A stretch of DNA of 64,000 bases from Aquificaceae bacterium (lineage in GTDB: Bacteria > Aquificota > Aquificia > Aquificales > Aquificaceae): positions 804,330-868,329 of the forward strand of contig JAXSNR010000001.1 in assembly GCA_037925075.1 (NCBI GenBank), written 5' to 3'. Both the position numbers and the translations under genes were made by a program. This document shows positions 41,485-51,157 of this stretch, one piece after another (position 1 is the stretch's first letter; each line of letters opens with the position of its first letter). The notes below the pieces were generated by a model. It was not told the origin of the DNA. It worked only from the letters and a program-made list of their open reading frames with translations, and searched no databases.

Positions 41485-43314
41485 ATGAATATGGACTACA
41501 GACCACAGGAAATAGAGGAAAGGTGGCAAAGGGTTTGGGAAGAGCAGGGCATTTTTAGGGCAAAGGAAAAAGGCAAAAAGGTTTATGTGCTTGAGATGTT
41601 TCCGTATCCTTCCGGAAGGATTCATATGGGGCATGTGAGGAACTACACCATAGGGGATGCCATAGCCCGCTTTCTTAGGTTTAAGGGCTATTCGGTGCTA
41701 CATCCTATGGGATGGGATGCCTTTGGGCTACCTGCGGAAAACGCTGCCATAAAGCATGGAGTCCATCCAGCCAACTGGACCTACGAAAACATAGAATACA
41801 TGAAAAAACAGCTAAAGAGCCTTGGCTTTTCCTACAACTGGGACAGGGAAATAGCCACCTGCTACCCAGAGTATTACCGTTGGAACCAGTGGCTTTTCTT
41901 GAAGTTTTACGAGCATGGACTGGCCTATAGAAAGTCCGCAGAGGTCAATTGGTGCCCTAACGACGAGACAGTCCTTGCCAACGAACAGGTTATAGATGGA
42001 AGATGTTGGAGGTGTGGCACGCCTATAGTGAGAAAAGAAGTACCCTCTTGGTATCTCAAGATTACCGCATATGCGGAAAGGCTTTTGGAAGATTTAAAAG
42101 AGTTGGAGGGCAAGTGGCCCGAAAGGGTTATAGCCCAGCAGAGAAACTGGATAGGAAAGTCCGAAGGTGCCATTATAAGGTTTTTCGTAGAAGATACACC
42201 CGTAGAGGTCTTTACCACCCGCCCGGATACGGTCTTTGGAGCTACCTTTGTGGTGCTTGCACCGGAGCATCCTCTTACCCTTGAATTGGCAAAGAGGGGA
42301 CAAAACTACGAAAAGGTGAAGGCTTTTGTGGAAAAGATGAGGCAAAAATCCACAAGAGAAAGAAGCACAGAAGGAGAAAAGGAAGGTGTTTTTCTTGGTG
42401 TGTATGCGGTTAATCCCGCGACCGGCGAGAAGGTACCCGTATGGACCGCCAACTATGTGCTTTATGAATACGGCACCGGTGCCATCATGTGCGTGCCAGC
42501 CCATGACCAAAGGGACTACGAGTTTGCCATAAAGTATGGCCTGCCTGTAAGGCATGTTATAAAGCCAGAGGGGGGAGAGCTTCCTAAGGACAAAGCGTAT
42601 GAAGATCCGGGCCTTCTCATAAACTCTGGGCAGTTTAACGGTATGAAGTCCACAGAGGCAAAAAGGTCCATAACCCAATGGCTAAAGGAAAAGGGTCTTG
42701 CGGACTTTAAGATCACCTACAGGCTCAGAGACTGGAACATATCAAGGCAAAGATACTGGGGCACGCCCATACCTGTGGTTTATTGTGAGGAGTGTGGTAT
42801 TGTACCAGTGCCAGAAGATCAGCTTCCTGTAGTATTGCCCCAAAAGGTGGAGATAACGGGACATGGAAACCCTCTTGAAAAAGCCCAAGAGTTTGTAAAT
42901 ACCACATGCCCAAGGTGTGGAAGACAAGCGAGGAGAGAAACGGATACCATGGACACCTTTTTTGACTCAAGCTGGTACTTTTTACGCTTTTGTGATCCCA
43001 AAAATTCAGAAAAGCCCTTTTCACCGGAAAAGGTAGAGTTTTGGATGCCAGTGGACCTCTATATAGGCGGAATTGAGCATGCGGTTTTGCACCTCTTATA
43101 CGCAAGGTTTTTCCAAAAGTTCCTCTATGACCTTGGGCTTGTCAAGGACAAGGAGCCCTTCTTGACGCTAATTACTCAAGGCATGGTGCTAAAAAGGTGG
43201 GTAAGTGTGGAGAGCTACCTTAGGTATTTAGAAGAAAAGTACGGAGTTGAAAACCTTGAAGATAGCCCAGTGGAAGTTCTAAAGGAGCTGATAATTAAAG
43301 ACATGAATTCATAG
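41485..43314 (+). CDS. leuS: Leucyl-tRNA synthetase alpha subunit (N-terminal half of split LeuRS)
   Basis: [15 protein letters not shown]1 editing FTTRPDT and [39 protein letters not shown]; ends after TQGMVL with no KMSKS. Confidence 0.96.
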   Translation: MNMDYRPQEIEERWQRVWEEQGIFRAKEKGKKVYVLEMFPYPSGRIHMGHVRNYTIGDAIARFLRFKGYSVLHPMGWDAFGLPAENAAIKHGVHPANWTYENIEYMKKQLKSLGFSYNWDREIATCYPEYYRWNQWLFLKFYEHGLAYRKSAEVNWCPNDETVLANEQVIDGRCWRCGTPIVRKEVPSWYLKITAYAERLLEDLKELEGKWPERVIAQQRNWIGKSEGAIIRFFVEDTPVEVFTTRPDTVFGATFVVLAPEHPLTLELAKRGQNYEKVKAFVEKMRQKSTRERSTEGEKEGVFLGVYAVNPATGEKVPVWTANYVLYEYGTGAIMCVPAHDQRDYEFAIKYGLPVRHVIKPEGGELPKDKAYEDPGLLINSGQFNGMKSTEAKRSITQWLKEKGLADFKITYRLRDWNISRQRYWGTPIPVVYCEECGIVPVPEDQLPVVLPQKVEITGHGNPLEKAQEFVNTTCPRCGRQARRETDTMDTFFDSSWYFLRFCDPKNSEKPFSPEKVEFWMPVDLYIGGIEHAVLHLLYARFFQKFLYDLGLVKDKEPFLTLITQGMVLKRWVSVESYLRYLEEKYGVENLEDSPVEVLKELIIKDMNS

Positions 43315-44259
43315 ATACAGGCTTGCGTAGTCCTTTCCTCTTAATGACGCTAAGACTATTAGCCCTGAAGCGAAGAGCGCGGTTATCTGAAAAGTCCAAA
43401 AACTAAAAAGTTTCACATAAGCCACGCCAGAGCCCACGTATAGCAAAAGCAAGTTAGAAAGGTTATCAAGAAAGGAGAAGATAAATATGGTTATACTTAG
43501 CAGTAGGCTTTTCCTTCTTCTCATGCCTGTAAAGGGTAGTAAGTGTGAAACTATCAAGGAATATACAGCCATAGAAACAAGATGCGGGTAAAAGACCTTG
43601 TAGATGCCTTGAAAGCTTTTCGGTTTTATATAAAGCTCTGGGTTGCCAAGAAAGTAGTTTTTTATGCCTTCAACCCCAAAGCCCATTTTAGAGTGAAAGT
43701 TTATAAAGTTGGATAGGATAAAAAGGAGTGAAAAAATACCAAATATAAAGGTAAGCAACCTCAATGTAAAGGGCTTTGGCGGTGTGGAATTGCCCTTGAA
43801 GACGAAAAGGGTGGTAAAAAGCCATGTGATTAAAAAGGCAAACTGATAGGCAACAAAGAAAAAGAGCTTTAGAAACACCGCACCAGTCCCAGTAAAGATT
43901 ATTAGAAAATCGGAAAAAAGGTATAAAAGGGCTAAAAGCCCTGTGGATGTTATAAGAAGTAGCTTAGTCCTTGTGCCTATGACAGTTATGTTAAGGAGGG
44001 AAAATAAAGTAATAAGAACAATGCCATGTAAAAAAAGTCCCACATGCAAGTCTTCGGAAATCTGTGCTAGGGAGATTCTCTCCGGAAACTCTGGATCCAC
44101 AAAAAAATACCTTATGAGACTCTCCTTAGAAAAGCCGTATTTTGAGTAAAAGTGTAGCCATGAGGCAAGCCAGAAAAGGAGCGCAAAAAGCAAAAACAAA
44201 AGCACCGCATAATAGAGTGGCTTGTTTTTCTTTATGTCTGAGGATATGAAAAACCTCAC
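43309..44259 (-). CDS. Polytopic membrane protein with internal duplication and intramembrane His
   Basis: About 8 hydrophobic segments in two similar halves: [18 protein letters not shown]...DLHVGLFLH and [18 protein letters not shown]...YPHLVSM...SHL. Confidence 0.7.
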   Translation of the reverse strand: MRFFISSDIKKNKPLYYAVLLFLLFALLFWLASWLHFYSKYGFSKESLIRYFFVDPEFPERISLAQISEDLHVGLFLHGIVLITLFSLLNITVIGTRTKLLLITSTGLLALLYLFSDFLIIFTGTGAVFLKLFFFVAYQFAFLITWLFTTLFVFKGNSTPPKPFTLRLLTFIFGIFSLLFILSNFINFHSKMGFGVEGIKNYFLGNPELYIKPKSFQGIYKVFYPHLVSMAVYSLIVSHLLPFTGMRRRKSLLLSITIFIFSFLDNLSNLLLLYVGSGVAYVKLFSFWTFQITALFASGLIVLASLRGKDYASLYL

Positions 44260-44798
44260 CTTTGGCCTCCAAAAAGCACCTGCCAGAGGGCAAGTACCTT
44301 GCGTGCGTTATCGGTTATGGCTCTTGCGGTAAGGGTTGCTCCCGTTATGTTGGGTATGTCCTTTCTTAGTCTTATGGGGTCTTTGCTTAGCTGTTTTCCT
44401 GCAAAGAGCTTGAGCCATTGGGTCTCTGGCATGTACTCAAGAGGCTCATGAAAGGCAAGCACCTCCACCACATCAAGCCTACCATCAGGTGTTATGGTGT
44501 AAAGCACCACCTCTGAATGGGTTCTTACCCTATGTATGTCCGCATACCCGTAGGCTACCACTTGCGTACCCTTTTTGACTATATACCACGAGGCAAGCCT
44601 TGTCTCCAACTTTACCCCAGATATTCTCTGCACCTCTTCTGCTTGCTCTTTTGTAAGGGTGATGTTTCTGACCTCTATCTGAGAGCCCGGATAGATTTGA
44701 GATAGAGCTTGCTCTGGCTTTTTGAACTCCTTTGCTTGCAAGGAGCTTAAGGGTGAAAAGGCAAAAACAAAGAAAAGCACAAGGGCAAGCAATACCAT
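44256..44798 (-). CDS. Exported FMN-binding (flavinylation-motif) protein
   Basis: Signal peptide, FHEP, WLKLFAGK, NITGATLTARAIT ([S/T]GA[S/T] motif of the FMN_bind/RnfG family). Confidence 0.85.
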   Translation of the reverse strand: MVLLALVLFFVFAFSPLSSLQAKEFKKPEQALSQIYPGSQIEVRNITLTKEQAEEVQRISGVKLETRLASWYIVKKGTQVVAYGYADIHRVRTHSEVVLYTITPDGRLDVVEVLAFHEPLEYMPETQWLKLFAGKQLSKDPIRLRKDIPNITGATLTARAITDNARKVLALWQVLFGGQR

Positions 44799-44847
44799 TT
44801 TGACCTCCTAATCTTCTAATTCTACTCCACTACATGAGGAGGAGCCA

Positions 44848-46248
44848 CTAAAACATAAAGCTCAATGTAAGCCTGTATTCCTTTTCATCCCTTTTTGGCT
44901 TGCTGTAGTCTAACTTTGCATAGTCCGCCTTTATGGCTACAAGAGGATGGGGCTTGTAGGATATGCCAAGGTTATAGACCTTTAGCTTGTTTCCATCAGG
45001 TTTTAGATAGCCACTCGGCACCTTTCTGTGGGTGTCAAAGTCTTCATAAATTCCAAAAACATAAAGCTCCTGATTTTCTGGTCCAAAGAGCCTAAAAAGG
45101 TCATAGGCAACCTGCAAATAAAAGCCCCGTTGTTCTTCTGGCATAATGTTATTTTTGTTGGCACCAGTGTCTGGGTTTTGTATGTTGTTTCCAAAAAGGT
45201 CTTGGGACATCCTCAAAGCATCGTCGGTTTTTACCACCGCCCCCACAAACCTCACATCCCATCCCGCATACTGCCACCAAAGGTGAGGAGAGAGCATAGT
45301 AAGAGACTCAACCTTTGAACCTCTTCTAAGACCAAGCTTGGAATCCGAGCCACCCTTAGACTGCACATCCGCATAAACAAGGGAAGCTCCAAGCTTTACA
45401 TTCAAGGGTAGGTTTATATCAAACCTTCCAGTAAATCCAAACCTGTCTGCCACAGCCCTTGCGCCTCTTTGTCTGACGGTTTTTAAAGGCTCCAGCACAT
45501 CGTAATCACCCCCGCCCTTTAGCATAAGCCCGTTTATAAGATAAATCCTGTAGTCCACAGGACCCACCGTTCCATAGGCTCCGAGACCCATCTCTTCCCA
45601 TGTGGACATCATTATTCTTCTCTCAAAATAGGGCCTTTCTGCGGATGGGAAAGTGGGAGGTTCATGAACTTCATTGACTATTCCCACTGGCATGAGAAGA
45701 AGACCACCCCTTAGCCCAAACTCAGGCCTGAACTGGTAATCAAGATATGCAAGCTCTGCTTTAAAGTAACCCCCGCCTGTTCCATGTGCCCCGGAGGTGG
45801 ACGCATGCTCCAGTTCAAGCTCTGAGTTAAACTTAAGCTTTTCGTCAAAGGCATAGCCAAGGTACAGAATTAACCTTTGCATGTCGGCTATTGACTTAGC
45901 TCCACCTCTTGCATTCACATCGTTATGCCTAAAGGTAAGCTCGCCGTACCCACCTATGGATACACCCCTTGGGTTAAAGTGCACTTTAGAGGCGGCGGGA
46001 CCAAGACCAGAATAGGACTTAATCTCAAGTGTTGGCATGGCAATATCAAGCCTGAGCTGTCTTATCTCCTCCTTTAGGGCTTCCGTTTCCTTTTTTGTCT
46101 CTTCCGCCTTTTTCTGTTCTTCCTTAAGCCTTTGCACTTCTTGCTGTAGCATTCTTATCTGCTCCTCAAGCTGACGAATCTTATCTTCTGTAGGTTGGGC
46201 AAGTGCTACGGTGGAAAAAATCGCTGTCGCTAAAAAAGCCTTTTTCAT
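44848..46248 (-). CDS. Outer-membrane porin with N-terminal coiled coil
   Basis: Signal peptide, EQ/K-rich coiled coil, SIGGYGE, FNSELELEH, NEVHEPPTF, amphipathic strands and C-terminal Phe. Confidence 0.8.
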   Translation of the reverse strand: MKKAFLATAIFSTVALAQPTEDKIRQLEEQIRMLQQEVQRLKEEQKKAEETKKETEALKEEIRQLRLDIAMPTLEIKSYSGLGPAASKVHFNPRGVSIGGYGELTFRHNDVNARGGAKSIADMQRLILYLGYAFDEKLKFNSELELEHASTSGAHGTGGGYFKAELAYLDYQFRPEFGLRGGLLLMPVGIVNEVHEPPTFPSAERPYFERRIMMSTWEEMGLGAYGTVGPVDYRIYLINGLMLKGGGDYDVLEPLKTVRQRGARAVADRFGFTGRFDINLPLNVKLGASLVYADVQSKGGSDSKLGLRRGSKVESLTMLSPHLWWQYAGWDVRFVGAVVKTDDALRMSQDLFGNNIQNPDTGANKNNIMPEEQRGFYLQVAYDLFRLFGPENQELYVFGIYEDFDTHRKVPSGYLKPDGNKLKVYNLGISYKPHPLVAIKADYAKLDYSKPKRDEKEYRLTLSFMF

Positions 46249-46270
46249 GCTATACCTCCTTACATTAAAA

Positions 46271-46333
46271 TTGAGATTTTATAGCAAGATAGTATATAAG
46301 ACTAATATCTAATGTCAATATGATTTCAATCAC
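46271..46333 (-). promoter_or_regulatory. Porin operon promoter with CRP/FNR-like box and Fur-like box
   Basis: Minus strand GTGAT-TGAA-ATCAT-A-TTGACA-N16-TATACT; TTGA-N9-GCAA at 46271-46287 lies downstream of the -10. Confidence 0.6.
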
Positions 46334-46368
46334 GGTAATGCTATTTTCGTAACCCCTGTGTAATTCTT

Positions 46369-46791
46369 TCATGCGTAGGTCTTTCTCAGACCTTTAAAAA
46401 ACGGGAGGCAAGGCAAAACCTCCATTAGCGAGAGCCTACCCTCTTCAAGCCTTGGGTTTTTGTCCTTTACCATTTCCAGCAGTGCCTCATACCCCTCAAA
46501 GGTTTTAAGCTTATGCTCCAGAGACTCCTTGAGGATCTCTTCAATCGCATGCCTGTAAGTTTCAAGAAGTGGACCAATTGCCAATGAAGGGTGTCCACCA
46601 AGATAAGTGATAAGCTTGCCCGCTTCTCTGGCATGTTGGAGGACTTCCTTTGTCGGCTTTTCAAGCCACTTTACAACAGGTATGCGGTTAACACCGTAGA
46701 CAATCAAAACGTAGTGGGTGTATCGCGCCACGCCCGCCAGTTCGAGTTCAAGTACCCGGTTGAGCCTTTGAATAATTGCTGCCTTGTCCAT
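46369..46791 (-). pseudogene. Truncated/degenerate bacterioferritin-like (ferritin-like) gene
   Basis: LNRVLELELAGVARYTHY...HAREAG...LGGHPSLAIGPLLETY...ESLEHK. Similarity stops at PRLEE; the last helix with the second ExxH is replaced by unrelated sequence. Confidence 0.65.
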
Positions 46792-46909
46792 GTCTATACC
46801 TTCCAAAGTATTGTTGACAGCATATAAAAGGCAAAAAGCGAGTCGAAAGCCAAAAGCCAAGAGACCTTATCCCAGTCCATGGCTCAACTCCTACCAAGGC
46901 TTGTATCAA

Positions 46910-46952
46910 GTATACTAAAATTAGAATTAAATGTCAATATGATTTGTATCAT
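46910..46952 (-). promoter_or_regulatory. Promoter of the ferritin-like gene with ATGAT-N4-ATCAT box
   Basis: Minus strand ATGAT-ACAA-ATCAT-A-TTGACA-N17-TATACT. Confidence 0.6.
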
Positions 46953-47226
46953 TTTCCACTAACCTTCTTATCTCCCTTTTCAAAGAGCTAACGCCGTGAG
47001 AGTTGCAAAAAATGCACCGGTCCCCCGCGTAACTCTTGGCAAGCCTTACCATGTTGTGTCCCACAAGCCCTGTAAAGACAATAACCCAGTCCGCACAAGC
47101 TAGGACGTTGTCAATATTTTGCTGAGTTTCTTGATTGATAAACTTGATGTTTAGTCCATACCTCTTAGAAAGCTCCTTTACCCTAGCCCTCATCCTGTCG
47201 TGGCCACCAAGCACCAAAGGTTTCAT
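46927..47226 (-). CDS. DUF2325 family protein
   Basis: LVLGGHDR...ADWVIVFTGLVGHNM...AK...GVSSL; AAGGAGG RBS. Confidence 0.75.
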   Translation of the reverse strand: MKPLVLGGHDRMRARVKELSKRYGLNIKFINQETQQNIDNVLACADWVIVFTGLVGHNMVRLAKSYAGDRCIFCNSHGVSSLKREIRRLVENDTNHIDI

Positions 47227-47242
47227 AACTCACCTCCTTGTT

Positions 47243-47302
47243 TTGAAATTAGATATCAATATTATATCAGTATGAAAGTACAGTCAATATGAGCTATATC
47301 AA
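47243..47302 (-). promoter_or_regulatory. DUF2325 promoter with FNR-like and Fur-like boxes
   Basis: Minus strand TTGAT-ATAG-CTCAT-A-TTGACT...TATAAT; TTGA-N9-TCAA at 47243-47259. Confidence 0.6.
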
Positions 47303-47330
47303 CCTGACTATAATTTTCTTTGTGAAGGAG

Positions 47331-47735
47331 ATGAAAACACCTTACCTTGCGGTAGATGGCATATTAAGGCTTTGGGAGGGAGAAAGGTTTAAAGGTCTTA
47401 TTTTGATAGAAAGGCTCTACCCTCCCTATGGTCTTGCCCTTCCGGGTGGTTTTGTGGAGGTGGGAGAAACTGTAGAATCCGCAGTACTAAGAGAGATAAG
47501 GGAAGAAACTGGGCTTGACGCAAGGATAAACAGACTTCTTGGAGTTTATTCAGACCCCAAAAGAGACCCACGCTTTCATGTGGTGTCTGTGGTCTTTGTA
47601 TGCGATGCGGAGGGTGAGCCAAAGGCTGAAGATGATGCAAAAAAAGTAAAAATTTACAGCCTTGAGGAGCTTCCTCTTGACCTTTTGACCTTTGACCACA
47701 AAAGGATACTGTTAGACTATATGAAAAAATGCTAA
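47331..47735 (+). CDS. NUDIX hydrolase
   Basis: PGGFVEVGETVESAVLREIREETGL Nudix box, RDPR, TFDH. Confidence 0.92.
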   Translation: MKTPYLAVDGILRLWEGERFKGLILIERLYPPYGLALPGGFVEVGETVESAVLREIREETGLDARINRLLGVYSDPKRDPRFHVVSVVFVCDAEGEPKAEDDAKKVKIYSLEELPLDLLTFDHKRILLDYMKKC

Positions 47736-47768
47736 AATTTTTAAAACACTTGCAATCGGAGGAGATAA

Positions 47769-48083
47769 ATGACTAAGGAGTTTGAAATAGGCATAAACCT
47801 ACTTAAAAAGGTTCAAAAGGAATTGGAGGAGCTTTCTCAGGCTCAGGAAAAACTTGTGGCAAGAAGGATAGTTAATGCCATAGTTAATCCAATTACCGCT
47901 TCCGCATACCAGATAAGGGTGGGCGATGGACCTAACAAAGAGGAGCTACTTGAGAACCTCTTGAGGTTAGTAAAAGAAATGAGAGACTTATCGGACTTAA
48001 ACGGTCTAAGAGAAAACGTACATAAGGTTCTTAGGTTGGTTAGAGAGATAGAGGAAGCGTTGGTAGAAAAGAAGGAAGGCTAA
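47769..48083 (+). CDS. Hypothetical protein (helical)
   Basis: 104-aa ORF with GGAGGAG RBS; upstream of panB. Confidence 0.7.
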   Translation: MTKEFEIGINLLKKVQKELEELSQAQEKLVARRIVNAIVNPITASAYQIRVGDGPNKEELLENLLRLVKEMRDLSDLNGLRENVHKVLRLVREIEEALVEKKEG

Positions 48084-48087
48084 ACAC

Positions 48088-48888
48088 ATGGAGCCTATAA
48101 CACTAAGAAGCCTTCAGAAGAAAAAACGAGAAGGCAAAAAAATAACCATGGTATCTACCTATGATTACCTTACCGCGAGACTATGTGAGCAGGTGGGTAT
48201 AGATTGTGTACTTGTGGGTGATTCTCTTGGGATGGTTTTTCAGGGCTTTGACTCCACCTTGCCCGTAACCCTTGAGGAGATGATATACCACGCTAAGGCT
48301 GTCAGAAGGGGTGCAAAAAACACCTTTGTAATCGTGGATATGCCCTTTATGAGTTATCAGGTGAGCCTCGAAGAGGCTATAAGAAACTGTGGAAGAGTCA
48401 TAAAGGAAACAGGGGCAAACGCAGTAAAGATTGAGGGAGGCGAAGAAGTATCGGAGCTTGTTTATAAACTTGTAAATATCGGCATTCCTGTGGTTGGGCA
48501 TATAGGCTTTACACCTCAAAGTGTGCATGCCCTTGGTGGGTACAGAGTGGTTGGTAAGGTAGAGGACGAGGCTCAAAGGATTAAAAGGGATTTTAAGGCT
48601 TTGGAGGAGGCTGGAGCCTTTATGGTGGTGCTTGAAAGCATACCAAAAGGGCTTACAAAAGAGATCACAGAAAGCTCAAAGGCCATAACCATAGGCATAG
48701 GAGCAGGACCTTATTGCGACGGTCAAGTTCTTGTGTTTCATGACCTTGTGAGTCTTGTGGAGGATATAAAGCCCAAGTTTGTAAAGAGATATTTGAATGG
48801 TGCGGAGCTTTTCAGGGATGCACTAAGAAAGTTTAAAAGGGATGTGGAGGAGGGATCCTTCCCATCAGAGGAAGAGAGTTATGGATGA
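48088..48888 (+). CDS. panB: 3-methyl-2-oxobutanoate hydroxymethyltransferase
   Basis: LVGDSLGMV, VDMPF, VKIEGG, GHIGFTPQ, IGIGAG, GQVLV. Confidence 0.97.
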   Translation: MEPITLRSLQKKKREGKKITMVSTYDYLTARLCEQVGIDCVLVGDSLGMVFQGFDSTLPVTLEEMIYHAKAVRRGAKNTFVIVDMPFMSYQVSLEEAIRNCGRVIKETGANAVKIEGGEEVSELVYKLVNIGIPVVGHIGFTPQSVHALGGYRVVGKVEDEAQRIKRDFKALEEAGAFMVVLESIPKGLTKEITESSKAITIGIGAGPYCDGQVLVFHDLVSLVEDIKPKFVKRYLNGAELFRDALRKFKRDVEEGSFPSEEESYG

Positions 48889-50581
48889 GGCAAGGCTTTT
48901 AGAGCTTTTGGTAAAACTTGGATACATAAGCGGAGACAAAGCACTACAGGCTCAGAAAGAAAAAGGGAAAGATGAAGACATAATAAGCACCTTATTAAGG
49001 CTTGGTTTTATTGACGATGTGCGACTTATAGATTTCTATCAGAAATATATGCCACAGAGATTATGGAAGGGTAGAATTGAAGATGTGGTACTTTCCGAAG
49101 AAATTAAGGAAAAACTTCCAGAGGGTCTGTTAAAGAAACATACCATTGCACCTATTAAATACGAAGATGGGAAGCTCTATGTTTTGACTATAAATCCCTT
49201 TAATCAAACCGCCATAAACGAGCTCAGGTTCAAGACAAAAATAAGCACCATAGTGCCCTTTGTTTCCACAAAAAAGTCCATAGAAGACCTTCTGAATAAG
49301 TTATATCCTACCTTGGATAGAATTGTGGAAAGCTTTGAAATGGGAGAGGAAGTGGAGATAGAGGCAGAAGAAAAAGAGCTTTCTCCTGAGATGTTGGTGG
49401 CGGAGGCAGGTGAGGGTCCCATTGTTAGACTTGCAAATTTTCTGATAGCGGAAGCTGTAAACCTTGGAGCTTCAGACATACACATAGAACCTCAGGAAAA
49501 AAAGCTCGTGGTGAGGTACAGAGTGGATGGAGTTTTAAAGGTATACCACGAATTTCCAGTAAAAATAAAGGATTCCATAGTGGCAAGGTACAAGATAATG
49601 TCAAACTTGGACATAGCAGAAAAAAGAAGACCTCAGGATGGAAGGATAAGAACAAGGTTCAAAGGCAAAAAGATAGACCTTAGGGTTTCCACAGTCCCTA
49701 CCGTATATGGAGAAAAGGTGGTTATGAGAATTCAAGAAGCGGAAAAGTACCTAAACGTAAAGCTTGATGATTTAGGATTTGAACCAGACGACCTTGAAAA
49801 GTTTAGAAGAGCCATATGGACTCCTTGGGGTATGGTACTGGTTACTGGACCTACAGGTTCTGGTAAAACCACCACCCTTTATGCGGCACTTATGGAACGC
49901 AACAGCCCAGATGTGAATATAATGACCGCAGAAGACCCAGTGGAGGTTTCCATACCTGGTTTAAACCAGGTTCAGGTAAACGAGAGGATAGGTGTAACCT
50001 TTGCCAGTGTGCTAAGGGCTTTTCTCAGGCAGGACCCAGACATAATACTCATAGGTGAGATAAGGGACACGGAGACCGCAGAGATCGGCATAAAGGCAGC
50101 TCTTACAGGACACTTGGTTTTTTCCACATTGCACACCAACGATGCTCCCTCTTCCATAACAAGGTTGGTGGACATGGGCATAGAACCCTTTTTGGTGGGT
50201 TCATCGGTAATACTCATAGTCGCTCAAAGGCTGGTAAGAAAGCTTTGTCCAAGGTGTAGGCTTGTTGATGATACGCCAAGAGAAGCACTTTTGAGGCTTG
50301 GAGTTATAAAGAGTTTGGATGAGAAGATAACCATATACAAGGCTAATCCCAATGGTTGTGATCACTGTAATGGGTCTGGTTATAAGGGGAGGACCGCGGT
50401 GCACGAGATACTGGAAGTGGACGAAGAGCTTAGAAAGCTTATAGTAAAAGGTGCCACCGCAGAGGACATAAGGGACCTTGCGCGAAAAAATGGTATGAGA
50501 ACTCTTTATGAAGCTGGTATTCTGAAGGTCAGAAAAGGTATAACATCCATCGCCGAAGTGGAAAGGGTCCTTGCAAAATAA
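48881..50581 (+). CDS. pilB: Type IV pilus / type II secretion assembly ATPase (PilB/GspE)
   Basis: ASDIHIEP, RRPQDGR, GPTGSGKTT, LRQDPDIILIGEIRD, TGHLVFSTLHTND, CPRC/CDHC Zn motif. Confidence 0.92.
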   Translation: MDEARLLELLVKLGYISGDKALQAQKEKGKDEDIISTLLRLGFIDDVRLIDFYQKYMPQRLWKGRIEDVVLSEEIKEKLPEGLLKKHTIAPIKYEDGKLYVLTINPFNQTAINELRFKTKISTIVPFVSTKKSIEDLLNKLYPTLDRIVESFEMGEEVEIEAEEKELSPEMLVAEAGEGPIVRLANFLIAEAVNLGASDIHIEPQEKKLVVRYRVDGVLKVYHEFPVKIKDSIVARYKIMSNLDIAEKRRPQDGRIRTRFKGKKIDLRVSTVPTVYGEKVVMRIQEAEKYLNVKLDDLGFEPDDLEKFRRAIWTPWGMVLVTGPTGSGKTTTLYAALMERNSPDVNIMTAEDPVEVSIPGLNQVQVNERIGVTFASVLRAFLRQDPDIILIGEIRDTETAEIGIKAALTGHLVFSTLHTNDAPSSITRLVDMGIEPFLVGSSVILIVAQRLVRKLCPRCRLVDDTPREALLRLGVIKSLDEKITIYKANPNGCDHCNGSGYKGRTAVHEILEVDEELRKLIVKGATAEDIRDLARKNGMRTLYEAGILKVRKGITSIAEVERVLAK

Positions 50582-50608
50582 TATGTAGGTATTATAATTA
50601 AAGCCTCT

Positions 50609-50857
50609 ATGGAGATGGATATGGTCAGGCATGACAGGGATTTGGATATAAGAGGTGATGTTTGTCCCTTTACCTTTGTAAAGAGCAAGCTTGCCCTTGA
50701 ACAGATGGAGGTGGGTCAAGTGCTCAGGGTAATAGTGGACTACAAGCCCTCCGCAGAAAACGTACCAAAAAGCATGAGAGAAGAAGGTCAAGAAGTGCTC
50801 GGAGTGAACCAGATTTCGGAAAACACTTGGGAAATATTGATAAAAAAGGTGAGATGA
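50609..50857 (+). CDS. TusA/SirA-family sulfur carrier
   Basis: LDIRGDVCPFTFVKSKLAL. Confidence 0.85.
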   Translation: MEMDMVRHDRDLDIRGDVCPFTFVKSKLALEQMEVGQVLRVIVDYKPSAENVPKSMREEGQEVLGVNQISENTWEILIKKVR

Positions 50858-51156
50858 AGTTCCTTCTTATAGTGACCAGCAACCCCTTTGCAAAGGATTA
50901 CAACACAATAATAAACTTAGCAAAGGAGCTCGTAAAGAAGGGAGAGGTTACCATATTCTTTTCAGGAAACGGTGCCTACTACACCATAAGACCTGAAACC
51001 AAAGAACTAAAGGAGATGGGAGTAAGGCTTCTCTATTGTGCTCACTCCGCACACCAGAGGGGGATAGAAAAGTCCCTTGACTTTTTTGAAAGTAGCTCAA
51101 CCTACAACCTTTCAAGGCTCATCGGAGAATACGACAAGGTGATAAACTTTAATTGA
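50854..51156 (+). CDS. dsrE: DsrE/TusD-like sulfurtransferase
   Basis: IFFSGNGA, LYCAHSAHQRG (active-Cys pattern CxxxAxxRG). Confidence 0.75.
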   Translation: MKFLLIVTSNPFAKDYNTIINLAKELVKKGEVTIFFSGNGAYYTIRPETKELKEMGVRLLYCAHSAHQRGIEKSLDFFESSSTYNLSRLIGEYDKVINFN

Positions 51157-51157
51157 G

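Noticed and set aside
38352..43314. leuS halves as pseudogene fragments or an intein/intron-split gene
   Set aside because: Both halves are intact with all catalytic motifs, match the known Aquificaceae alpha/beta LeuRS, and show no intein motifs.
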